Of a stretch of 64,000 nucleotides of DNA, positions 28,920 to 42,200 are shown piece by piece. The position numbers and the translations under genes were made by a program. Under the pieces are notes generated by a model that saw nothing but the letters and a program-made list of their open reading frames with translations, made no database searches and had not been told where the DNA came from. This stretch comes from Lingula anatina (taxonomy: Eukaryota; Animalia; Brachiopoda), in NCBI GenBank assembly GCA_051362555.1, contig CM120646.1:6076001-6140000 (forward strand). The letters run 5' to 3'. Numbering within the stretch: the stretch's first letter is position 1; each line of letters opens with the position of its first letter.

Positions 28920-31337
28920 TGCGTGCGTGCGCACGCTTATGCATGCATGCATGTGAAGACAAACAGCGTGTTCTCTTCTGATCTCTTTCTCATTTAACTG
29001 CAGCAGAGACAAAAGAAACATTCACATCTCTATGATTTCATATAGACTTTGTGCATTTCAGGAAAAGAAGCATTCACACGGAAGATAGGCCAAACATTCT
29101 CAGTGTCAACCCAAAAGCTTTCAGGTTAAGCACAGCTTACAGATAGGCAGAAATTGTGATACCTAAGCTTTCAGGAAAGAAACAATCGAATACTATGCCA
29201 CATGGATAAATAAAAGGAAATATGCCTCCTTCAAAACATTTGTAAAAACAGGAAATGTCACTGAAACCCAATGTTGTTTTAAACTGATTAGAGTTTTCTT
29301 TTTTGTTGCATGGTAGAAGCATTGTTCTAGTTTAAGTCTCTTATATCAGTTGTGTAAAAACTGTAACAGTATCTTGGATTTCCATAGCATTTGTATATAT
29401 ATTTTTATTTTTTATTTTTGTCATTCAGGACCCAAATATCACATTAAAACATTTAATTGTTAAGGCATGTTCAGAATTACAATCACTTTTAATTGCACCC
29501 TGCTAGTTCAATGAGATATTTAATGGATCTGAGTCTCAGCTAAAAAGCGCATTAATAACTGAGCAGAACCCTGGACTGCTGGTACCGTGCTCGCTGCCTG
29601 CTGCCATATAATGGACTCCTCAGCACAATTGCATGACACGATCAGAACTGAGAGACGGACACGCGATGGGAAATGGAAAGTATCATAAAATCAAATCAAT
29701 TCTTTATCAGAATAAGAACTGATAAATTAATTCTGAAAAAGGATGTTCAAAACAGCCATTATCTAGAAGCAAGTTATTGCATTCAATTGTTCTTATCCCC
29801 CCCCCCTTACTGAAGAGGCCCTGTAAGTGTCACTGTGATTGCTGTTACTAAGACTTTCTTGTAAATATTTCAGAACCTTACAGTGCACCCAGTTTCTAAA
29901 ATTATGTATATAGGTATTCCTAGTCACCCTTGTTTGTTTCTTCTCCCACTAATCCAATAGTAAACTTGTTATTTGTTAAAAATTTGTCTAAGTCATAGCC
30001 AAATATAGTAGTTCTAGTCCCAATGGAATAACTTACAGCTACAAAATGCAGGGTTTTAAAGGCGCATTAGTACATATAAGACTTCTTGTTAAACTTATAT
30101 GAGAACATTTTTGAGTGTATTTTTGAATTTGCAAGAGTATAATTTACCAGCCTTAGTTTTGTGTCATTGAATCAACTGATTTTCTGGATCAAAGAAATCG
30201 GTATTGAAGAAATCCTCCTTGTACTCAAGACCTTTAAGTAATTGCCATTACTGCTTAGCAACGGTGCGCATAAGCACTGCTGTAAAATCAAATTTAAGCC
30301 AGTATTATATACACTTTATCTGGAATATGAAGGTTGACTAGGCGAATAACTACGATCTTCTCTGCAGATTAAGATTGAGGCAATCTAGGTTCTGGAGAGC
30401 TTTTAAAATGGCTCAACAGTTTTCCGTTAATGAAATGGTGCGTTTTCCTCAATGCGTCTCTGACTAATCAATGCTTTAGGTAAATAGGTTAACTCTTGGC
30501 TAACACAGTTTTGCCTGATTAGTTTTTTATATCACCAGCTTGTGAATAAGTGCAATATTTTCCCACAAATCTCGGCCAAATAATATTTATTTTCAATAGT
30601 CATGTAAAAGCAAAATAAGTCTGCTAAGCCTGATTTGGTGTAATGTGAGCATGAAACCATCGATATATATCTAGCTGAAACGTTGCCACATCAAATACTA
30701 CAGTAACCATGGCGACGGGTGATGTCATGATATTATATACACACTGAAATACTACGGGAACCATGGAAAATCTTTCCAGTCAGTTTTTCCCATGTAACAG
30801 AGTCATAAAGGAGAGGTTGATCATCTACAAGGTAAATGCAAGGTATCAACACAAGTCTCACTATTTCAACCAAGCGTATTTTTTTCCTATTCCATTTCCC
30901 CCTGTGTTAAGCAGTAAACAGCTGTTAGAAATCACATGGATGCTGTAATTAACGATTCAATACAGGAAATGTTCAAATTTTTATATTGAAAACATGCCTT
31001 AATGTCCACACGTTACATCCACTGCAGCATGCTGGACACAAGGATACCTGTTCTTAGCATATGAAGGTGACACTGGGGGTAGAAACAAATCATATACCAT
31101 GAGTACCATACTGCCTGTTCAAAACAACTTTCATTTAAAGTAAAATGAAAACAGTTTTACTATTAATACCAGCAATTAGATGTTTGGCTGCTACCCCCTC
31201 AACACCCCACCCAGTGGCACTCACTGCTTTCTACTGCTTTTCATATGACAAATGTCTCCATTTTGCCAACTTTTTAAATCTGGGGTAAAAAATTTAAGTG
31301 ATACATGGGCAGGTCTCAATTAATATGAACAACCCCT

Positions 31338-31395
<58 letters not shown>

Positions 31396-34300
31396 TTGAA
31401 ACTGCTTCTATTTTACTAAAATCTAGTCGTGAATAACCTGTCCGTTTATAAAACATACTCTTTGTCAACAGCATAATAGGCAATGTCAATCTTATCACCT
31501 CTATGTAACACAGTAACATTAGTAATAATGGTGTGTGGGGATTATGTCAAAACACAACCACAGATTTGTATTTTTACATGTAAGTATTTCTATTAAATAA
31601 CAATATTATTTTCTACTCAAAACACATAACGCAAAAATATAAGTACAATATTATAGACTGCCTGAGTGACTATCTATTACATAGCTTTATTTGTAATGAG
31701 GCTACATAGGGTTAACAATGCAGTAGCATTGCAGTGAATTTTAGAAAAACAGGATTCTGTAAAAAAAAAAAAAAAAAAAAAAAAACTTGTAATTGCAGCA
31801 GGTAAAAAGAACCAAAAAAAACAAAAAAAAAACAAATATCGTTCTAAGAAACGTGTATGAACAAACCACACTTAAAACTTACAGATTAAAATCATGTTTC
31901 CAGTGAAAACGGATTCTGATGACATTTTTATATTCCATAACACAATGACTTTGTAATTCCAGATAACATTTCTACATAACCATTTTTGATCAGATCCCAT
32001 CAGTGGTAAATCTCAATTATGTTAACCAAGGGAAACATACAACCTAATTTCAAAGAGAAAATAAAATTTTCAAAAGTTGTCTTGACAGGTAAGCTGACGA
32101 ATCTTGGGTCAAACTTGTCTAAAATTTTTTATCTTGTAGTCAAGACCAACTTTTAATTCAAATTCTTACAGTAAATAAGTCTCCATCAATTATCCATTAA
32201 CAAGTGTCGAGGTCAAAGAGTTAATACAGCATTCTCCATATGTACTCAAAGCTAGAACAACCAAAGGGTTAATCCCACATTATATTGACGTTTTCAAAAT
32301 GAATAGAAAAAGGTTCATTTGTACCTAATTCAGGAGGAGAAAAAGCAATCATTCTCTCATTGAAATGGGAGTTATGCCAAAGGTAGAAAAAGTGAATCAA
32401 AAATTCTTTATTTACTTAAGAAGAGACCAGAAGTAAAAAGGAGAATCAAATACCATACTGACTTCTTTGGCTGTCGAATATTAAGTGAACAATTATTAAA
32501 TCAATACCGAGATCAGAAAGGGGGCAGCTTTTATATCTTTTTTTTTCTTTCATGTGAACTCTCATGGAGAGATTTCCTTGATGAAATAATAATTTCTGGA
32601 GAATTTCACCATCACATGAATGATAACTTTGTCACCCCAATCAATACTGTGCCTGAATATTTTGTCACTGGTATACTTCAGTCAAAGGGGGACTTGGGAG
32701 GGGAGGGGGAGGGGGGGGGCATTGACTTGACCTGTCACGACTTGCACTGAGCAAACATCCATTAGATCTATTTTCATTATTGAGCGGCCATTCAAATTCT
32801 TCAAACATTGCAAACAGCTTTTCTCCTACAACCACCATTGTGAACTTGAAAGAGTTATTTATTCAGTATTGAGGTAATAGTTCAAGGTTGTTACAGAGAT
32901 TTTCTCTCTCTTTCTCTCCCTTTCATGGGTAGTTTTAAATACATAGTGTCTGTAGTTTATGACATGCTTCAATAATTCCAATAAAACTTCTCACTCACAT
33001 ATTACTTTGTTGCTATCCTGATAGGACACAACCAATATGTCAACCATTTACGAAGAAGTCAATATCAAATATTAACAAAACTTTCAAGAAACTCAAGGTC
33101 ACTGGGTGTAATATACTGAAGGATCTTAATAGATAATCTTTCCATTAAAGAGTTCCCGTCTTAATAAGATGCCACCCAGAGTTCAAATACTGCCCTTCTA
33201 TATTTCAAGGCCTCAAGCCATCTTATTTATAACTGACAACAAAGGTCCTTTGCTGTTGTCAGATTTTTGCACCAAGTTGCCCGGTGACCTAGATGTCAGG
33301 CAGTTTGACAAAATATGAAAGAAAATAAGGAACCAATTTGCATCAAATATATTTTTGGGATCATCAAAAAAAGAAACAAAACCATTTTCATTCTTGATTT
33401 GTCTTCTTTTGATAATCTTTTCCTCAATCTTATGTCTTGATGTACTGTAAAATAAATCTGCACCAGCGCACTTATAAAAACTTGTTTTATCTTAAGAAAA
33501 GATGGTATCTGGCACTGGCAAAACATTACAGATTAGAGAAGCTTAGACCCACCAAATAACATTTACTATAACTTATAAGAGTCTGGTGAGGAATGTTCTA
33601 TACACATAAGCTTGGCCTGGTATTCTCAGCTTACAGGAATGTGAGCAGCTCGAAGTGTATTTCCTAAATGCCACAACTCAGATTAAGGCTCTGTTCTCAC
33701 AACTTTTAGATCGATCTATCACCGCGGGGAGTCTCACTAGATTACTGTCAGATAATCCCCCTTAAGTGTCCGTCCCCGCCTACTACAAGCTTTAAGGGGT
33801 AATTAACTTTCGTGTCCGCCCGACTGACAGCTATTTAGCGTGAACCCCCAGGGAGTTAGGTCGATCCAATGTAGGTCGATCTAATCTATGAGAATGGGGT
33901 GTATGTCTCCCAGTGCTTCCTCACCTTTTAACCTTAGATCTGCATTATCCGTCTTTATGTTAAGAATATGCAGATGAAAACAATGATGACAGTTTTCCAA
34001 CATGTTCAAAATTGGGAACTTTTTTCAGCAAAGCATTTGTAGATACCTTTCAACTCACGGGTTGAAATTAGTAGACCTGTTGTTATGCAAATTCTATTTG
34101 AAGAGTAAACAATCTTTCTTCAATTTGGAATTTTATAAGAAGCAATTTCTTAGGCCGAACCTTTCTAATTTCTAGAAGAATTAGTCCTTATTCAGATCAG
34201 GGAAAAAAGCTATAAATTAGATAAATAGAGCCAAACAGAAGAATATCCTCTTAGACGCGTGTCAAAAGTGACTAGGGATCAATACCAGGATGTTCCAACA

Positions 34301-36168
34301 GAGACGCATTACCTAACGCAATGATTTGTCAAACAGACCAATGAATAAGCAAGTAAACATATGGACAAGCAAAAGATGGGAGTTTTTCTAAGATACTTAC
34401 CGTGCGAGAACGACAGGACAGCATGGTATGAATGGTCAAGCAGAGCCACCCTCTCCGGCACTGGCATGGTGTACTGGTCAATGGACTGGACATTGTTGTA
34501 CCGTCCACCACACAAAGAACAACTGGTCGTTGGAGGGTAACAATGACACGTCACCGTCGACAACCGCGCAGCTTTACGATTCAAGTGATGCACACCAAAG
34601 GTTCGCAGTAACTTCCTCTTTCTATAGCTTTTGACAGGGCGACAGCGTGCCGCTTGGCAAGTGGCATCGAGATTTGGCGAACCAACCGGGGAGGGGGTGG
34701 CCAGTCCCTGAGGGGTAGAGGAGTCTCCTGCCTTCACTTTTTTACCACTACTGTCAGTTTCAGTTTCTGAAGAACTGGCAGGTTGAGCGCCACAGGGTGA
34801 TAGAACACCGTTAGGTTTGGCAGGACTATGTTTTCCTGAAGACACAGACGAAGATACAGAGGGTGCTGCTCCCGCTGCTGCTGTTGATGATGTTGCCGTT
34901 GCTGCAGTGGTGGCAGCGAGCGGGCTGGCCTGGATAGGAGAGTAACAGTTGCCAAGAGACTGTGTCAACTTAGATGACTGCTTGTCTATATTATTGAGCA
35001 GAGTTGATAGATTGCACGGTGACATTTCATTGCGCTTCTCAATATCTGCGATCTTGGCCTCAATAGGAGAAAGCTTTTTCCCGCCAGTTCTTGAGGGGCG
35101 ATATCTGACCATGAGATCTTCGGGTTGAGGCGTCTCACCAAGGACAACCTGCCCTTTTGCAGTCCTGATCTGACGATAGATATCGTTCTGCTGGCGTATG
35201 CGGTATTCCAGGTCTGACACTTGTGCCTGCAGCCACGTCCACCTTGACGCTATCGATGAGCGCTCTGCTGCCCACTTCCATTCTCCCCGCCTGTGTCTGC
35301 AAACAAACAACAACATTCATTTAATATTTCAATATTCATTGTGAAGAAAATTCTACTGATGTACGTTCTTTTTTCTTTAAGCTTTTTCACGATAAATGTG
35401 ATTTAAGAAGCTAGAAAAGAAAATATTTATACAGACATTTAACATGGAAAAATGAACACATCTTCACTTCAACACTTATAAACAAAACAATTTTCTTTTA
35501 AGAAATGATGAAAAACCAATTTCCCTTAAAAATATCTATTAAGTTATAATCTGATTGTATTGCCAAGGTCGAAATCCCCATAAATCTTTTATGTCATTAC
35601 ATCTAGAAATAGAACGCAACAAGGATATCACCCTTGGTTACTGCCGTTTAACCACAAAAACAAGTTGATCTGATACATGATCATGAGATTGGATTGGTTA
35701 ACTAACTGATACAAGGCTTCACATAAGAAGAATTTTTATGGTTTTGACCTTCTTATGCTGACAATTCCTTACGGAATCCTGAGAAATCGCCAAGGAAAAG
35801 GAAAAGAAAAGTAATTTCAAAGCTGGATAAAATACCAAGAAGCTGAATGTAGAACAGCAGCAATCTTTAACCCCTAGATCACATATGGATCATCAACCTG
35901 GCCTCCAGTATATTTTAGGCAATCCATAAGTAGAAACCTCTGAACTTCTTGCAAAATAGTTAGAAGTAATTTCTGCCGACATTTTTATTTATCAATTCTT
36001 TCTTTTTATTTTCTGCCAGTATGATTGAAAAGAAAAAAGTGTTTTGTGGTTAACTTCCATAAAACCCACAATATTACCTTTGCAAGTAAACACTTCATCT
36101 AACCGAACCCGTATGATTTTGATGCGGTTAACAGGCATGGACCTTTCACTAAAATTTCAATAAGTCCT

Positions 36169-36204
<36 letters not shown>

Positions 36205-39200
36205 ACTCGGGAGCTTCCCAAATAATATTTTTTCATGTTCATCAATTCATGCAAGTTATTCTTAGCTTCTACAAAGATGACTCATTTCCTCTGTACAGTT
36301 CAATAACTTCACTTCCAAACCCTAGAAGTTAAGTAGGAAACGGCATTTCTGCTGTAAAGTCACTTACAGATGCAAATAACAACATAGCACTTGGAAAAAA
36401 TTGCTACGTTTAATAACTGTATGATTGCGATTGCAAGAGTTGCTGTGTGATCCTTGAGCAGATAAGAGTTGTTTTGGCAGACCTACGTGAGGTTCTATTG
36501 TAGTTGTGAAGGAGAGTGGTGGGCTACGGTTAGTGCAATATGAACTTCCTTTTGCATCAGCAACGCCATATATGAAAATAGTCCAATTAAACAAAAACAA
36601 TAATTACAACATTGCGTCCTTCTAAACACAGTGCCAAAAGACAACAGGGATATACACCATAATAAATTCACATCTCTTTGGGTATGAAAATTGCACGAAA
36701 AACATTTCAGAATCTTGTTCTTGGTCCCATTGCAAAATCACAGGGGACTTGTCCAGTTTCTTGGTCAGCAAGCCTTCCCCTGGTCCACACACAAGGATCC
36801 AGTGCCAAAGGGCAGTTCTGTTCAATAGCAGTCTTTTTAAACCTAACAATGTGCTTCAATCACCAGGTAACGTCTCGCTGAACAAACTCCATGGCTGGCT
36901 ATGCAGACTACAGGCGCATTGACAAAACGGGAATAGGTAAATACATTGTTTACTTTTCTATTATAGCAACTCCCCCACCTTGGTCAATAACACTAGGTTG
37001 TGGGGACTGGTACGTGTACTACAGTATACCACGTTACGTACCACGTACAGCCCACTTTCAGCAAATGCAGATGTACTATTACAGTACACTAAAATATATA
37101 ATTTATGCATCCAAGGCAAGCTAAAAACACATTCACAGCTGGGTTGACTCAGACTAATATAGACGCAATGGCGTCAGTGTGATCAGACATATACTAATGT
37201 CTGCACATGGGGCTTTAAATGTCTCAATACTGGCTTCAAAATTCTACAGGAATCATGTAACTTTGTCAAATAATCTCAGCAGTTACGTACCTATTTTGGT
37301 CTTTAAGTGCACTTTAAGGTGGCTGTGACAGCTTAACTTAATATGCAAAATCTTCACAGACCATCTAAATGTCCTTTTTTTTCAAGAATTAAATTTATTT
37401 TCCCTTCTAAATCTTTACACAAAAACAGACAAAACATAAAAACCGAGGTCATGCTGGTTTGAAGTTAGAGCATGCTTGTGGAACTAAAACCACATCAAAA
37501 ACAACAAGACTTTTCGTGTTTTGCATTCTCAGGCAAATAAAATACAGTGTTATAAGATAATAATAATATGAAATCTAAGTTATGCAAGCCTGGGCAACCT
37601 GCCAAGTTCTTCTAGTCTGAAATTCTATGCAGCTGACCCTAAGTAATTCATACCAGGATGTCAGCTAGCCTTAATTTCAATATTATCTATAATGCAATGT
37701 GTCATAAAATAATACATATATCTTTCAACACTTCACCTCTCCTCCTGATCTTATAACTCGAATTTTCTTTCTAAAAATATGTAGTGCAGGGAGCTGGCAA
37801 ATATAACAACATCCCATTTTGGGCTCAAACTACTAATATCATCAGTATTTACTCTAATATCATCAGTATTTACTAAGTATTCACACATCTTTTCATCTAG
37901 AGGACAAATTCCAGCACCATCTGTCCTTCTTTTGGCCAATTCTTTTAAAACTGTCTCTAACTCAACCATGAGAGACTACAAAGACATAATGGAAAACAGC
38001 CCAAAAAATGTTGGATCATGCAATAAAAAAACAATGCGTGAGGAAGGGAGCGGGATTCTCTGGTTAGAACTACGTCCATGAGCAATGTGTTCAATTGATT
38101 TTTTTTGCTGTTTTCAGGCTTGTTCTAGTAACCACTAGAAACAGATATGGTCTAAGAACGTGTACGTATTTCTTTATTCAAACTTATACACCAGAGTGAG
38201 GCAGTGAAAATGTTTAGAGATAATTAACACTGAAACATGACTAAGACCCCATTTCCAGAGATTAGATCGATCTACTTTAGATCGACCTAACTCCCTGGGG
38301 GTTCACGCTAAATAGCTGTCAGCCGAGCGGACACGAAAGTTAATTACTTCCCTTACAGCTTGTAGTAGGCGGGGTGGACATTTAAGCCGGATTATCTGAC
38401 AGTAATCTAGTGAGACTCCCCGTGGGGATAGATCGATCTAAAAGCTCTGGGAATACAGCCTAAGCTATGTACACAAATCATTATCTACAAATGATCCAAT
38501 TTTCTGGTGAACACAAACCGTCTTCAAGTAGTGAAAGTAACCATTCACAAATTTATGCTATCAAGAAAATGAGGCATACTTTCACAATCTTATTAAATCT
38601 AATATCATCAATCAATAAAACAAAATTTAATTCACAAAGCTTGGGGAAATTGAAGACACCACACATACCTATATGTTAGGTTTTGGATCAGGAAGTGATG
38701 GTGGAAACAGCGATACAGGAGGCGGAGGGGGGGGGGGGGGGCACATGACCTACTTAGATCATAACAACACATATTGCTGATAGCATACTGTATGTAATGA
38801 TACCCAACTCTATAACCACTACCTCCAGGTTTGTGTTGAGATAAGTGCCAAGGAGCATCAGATCTCCAGCTTCCAGAGTCTTCTAGTAAATTATGCATAC
38901 CACAAAGGCTCATCATAGAATGGCAAGATATTTATATAGATAGAGATAACGGTAAATGTTGCCCAATTTATTTTTAGTCGAGGCTGTACCTGTGACAAAA
39001 TATGCAATGCTACATTAAAAGGTAATCAAACAAGCTCGTTTTCAACTCATTTTGTTGATAGTTTTTTAAAAGCATATGAATGTTATTTTATGCAATATGG
39101 GCCTAAAATGCATGCAGGCAAACCCATCTTAGCAAATCTCCTGGTAAAAAATCTACAGCTCTTCAGTTTAACCTTCATCAAGGAATTGATATAAAAGAGC

Positions 39201-42200
39201 CAAGATCCACCATTTTCCATATAGGGTCAAAACACGGTAACGGTGCCATGGGTGTCAAATTTTTTTTTGTTTCATTGAAATTTAAAATTTTTACATTTTT
39301 GTAGAAAACAAATCAAATTTTCAGATAATGTAAGTTTCATTGATATACTCCCAGTACTTTTTCTGTGAGCCACTGGGAAACAAAAAGGAAAAAAAAAATT
39401 GTCTCTGACGGGACACATGGTCATATTGGCCTGAGTCAGATATTAGGTTGTTTTTTCAAGTTTTTATCAACCAAATATGTTAAACTAATCAGAAGTAATA
39501 GTTTTACATAGAAAACTGCCACATATCACTTATTTTGAGTAAAAAATTATTTAGCACTAGGAGTGGTGTGTCCCGTCAGAGACATTTGACTTCGAAAAGT
39601 TTTCATATTTTCTACATCTGGTAGGTTGTATAAATGAAACTTAAAATCCTCTTTTAAATAATGATAAGTAATGATTATAGCTAAAAATTACAAAATTAAA
39701 ACAATTTACAGTGAATTTATTGCCACATTTTATCATTGTCTCTGACGGGACATTTTCTGTCTCTGACGGGACATTTTCTGACAAATGTGAAACACAAGGT
39801 TTTACATCTTCAATTGAATCATTTTCAAGTGTTCTGGTGTGTTACATTTCTTGTTTTTCTTTTGCAACTGATCATTACTGGGTAATTCATTAACTATTAC
39901 TGATTATTAGCTAGGTTGACTGTCAGTGATTAGGTGTTGACATGTGCCGTCAGAGATCATGTCAGAGCACTAGAACTGTGAGCAGGTCATTCTGTTCACT
40001 GCATGTGCATGATTTAGAACAGAGTCTGAAGGAGACCTCCAGCTCCAACCATATGTTGTGGTATCTGATGATCTGCACCATAACAAACAGTCTGTCTTCA
40101 CTTGTAATAAGGCCATTCTCAAAGACCTCCAACACCAGCAATCATTCAGCAAAGTCCATTACTGGTCAGACGGAGCTGAGCCGCCAGTCAATTCAAAAGT
40201 TGGTTTTTACTATCTAAACATGGTACTGTCATGAAACAGATTTTGGTATGGAAGCGCAGTGGTACTTTTTATACCACTGCCCATGGCAAAGAACCAGTGC
40301 ATGGGATCGTAGGGGAAATGAAACATCAGGTTTGGAGAGTAGTGCTCCAGAGAAAAATGGTTGTAGATACACCTTATCAATTCTATTTGGCTGGCAAAGA
40401 ATTATGCCCCAGTGTCAACATAATGTATCTGTCTGCAGCAGATATTGAAGCAGCTACCACACCCATCAGCAGTCGCTGTCCATCTGTTCCAGGAATTCAA
40501 CACTTCCAACAGCTTCAGCCCCAGCCCTAGCCCCGTGGACATGTTCTTGTGTCAACCAATTCTTTGTACCAGCAACCCTCTTAATATGCTAAACTTATTC
40601 ATATGACTGGGGACTTTGATTTGCCTGCACATCCGCACTATGACAATGTCAGTCAAGGCACAGCTCAGTCTCACCATGGAGATTTTGTCATTGCGGAGTT
40701 TGCTGCCAGGAAAGGAGTAAAACAATTCTTAGGTTAGGTCACCCATGACGCTGAAGATGGCGAAGTGGAAGTCAGTTTCTTACGTACTGAAGGTTCTGGC
40801 AAAAGAAACTTTGTGTTCCCTGCCACAGAAAACAAAGCATGGATTCCCATAAAAGATGCAAAGGAAGTTCTTCCAATGCCTAGCATAGACACTCGTGGAC
40901 TTAACTTGTTTCCATCACCTGTTAATGTGACTGGTTGAAAAAATCTCTAAAGTGCAAAAAAGATATGTGTTCTAAGACTAATTGAAAAACAGAATTTATC
41001 ATGTGAACTATCATGGAAAATGTTGATTGATATTGAGAAATAGGAGTAATGGACAGTGGATTACGTGAAAATTATACTGTGCCTTATCGCTGTGTCATGA
41101 TAATTAATTAATATTCTAAACATATTGCATCTGGTGATTTTTCTAATGTACAGAAATGCTATTTTGCAATAACCATCAAGTAAGATTCATTAGATACAAA
41201 AATGTGGCTTTTTAAACCTCTTTTCTAAGATTTTTCAATAGTGCCCAAAGGTGTCCCGTCAGAGACGTCCCGTCAGAGACAGTGACTTTTTACACTTAAC
41301 AGCCCATGCTGCCAAGGAAAGTAAACAAAACTGGCCTGTTTGTGCATTAATTGCTTCCCAAGACTTGTACCTTGCAATATGAATCACAAAAGTCTTGATT
41401 AAATGAAATTTCAAAGAGAATTTTGCATTGGAGTTTTAGTAAAAAAATACAGGGGTCAAAAATGTCCCGTCAGAGACAGACCTTTAAGTGATTGTCATTC
41501 CCACATTAATTTCAGTACAAATTAGCTGCTTGTTTTACATAATCCTTTATGGTCCAGCTAAATAAAAATGTATTTAAAAGTAACCATGTGGATCGTTTAC
41601 CAACTGTAATTTTTAAAATTGTCTCTAAAATGTCCCGTCAGAGACATTTCAAATACCGTGTTTTGACCCTATAGATAATAGAAAAGGTCATAATTTTTTT
41701 AACAATGAGTCAACAAAAAAGTATACCAAAGGCCTCTGAGCATGCATGTTGCACAATGAAAAACTATGCCAATGCACTCAAATGTGGCTACCACGTGACT
41801 TGGGTCTTTTGTGAAGTAAATTGAGATATGAATGACAGATGAGGGTATCTGTGCCTAGATGAACTACAAACTGAACAAAAATTCAAGGGTCACTTTTGCA
41901 AAATGAACAGTAAATTTGAAAGTCGGTCGTAACATTTAGTCCACATGCTTAGTCTGCCTCAACTCTGGGCTAAAACACCTAAAATATTCATTTTTTGGTC
42001 TAAATAGTGAGTTTACATATTTTAAATTAAAAACTGTCAATAATTTCTCATTGAATTGCTAACAATTAATGATTCATCTGGGGACAAAGTGGACTAACAC
42101 TTAAACCAGTCTTTAATTTACATAATTTTTTGTTTTAAGTTCCTAGAGTGAACTAAGCTCCACTGCATGAAGACAGTGACCTAGTTTTTGACCCCCGTAT

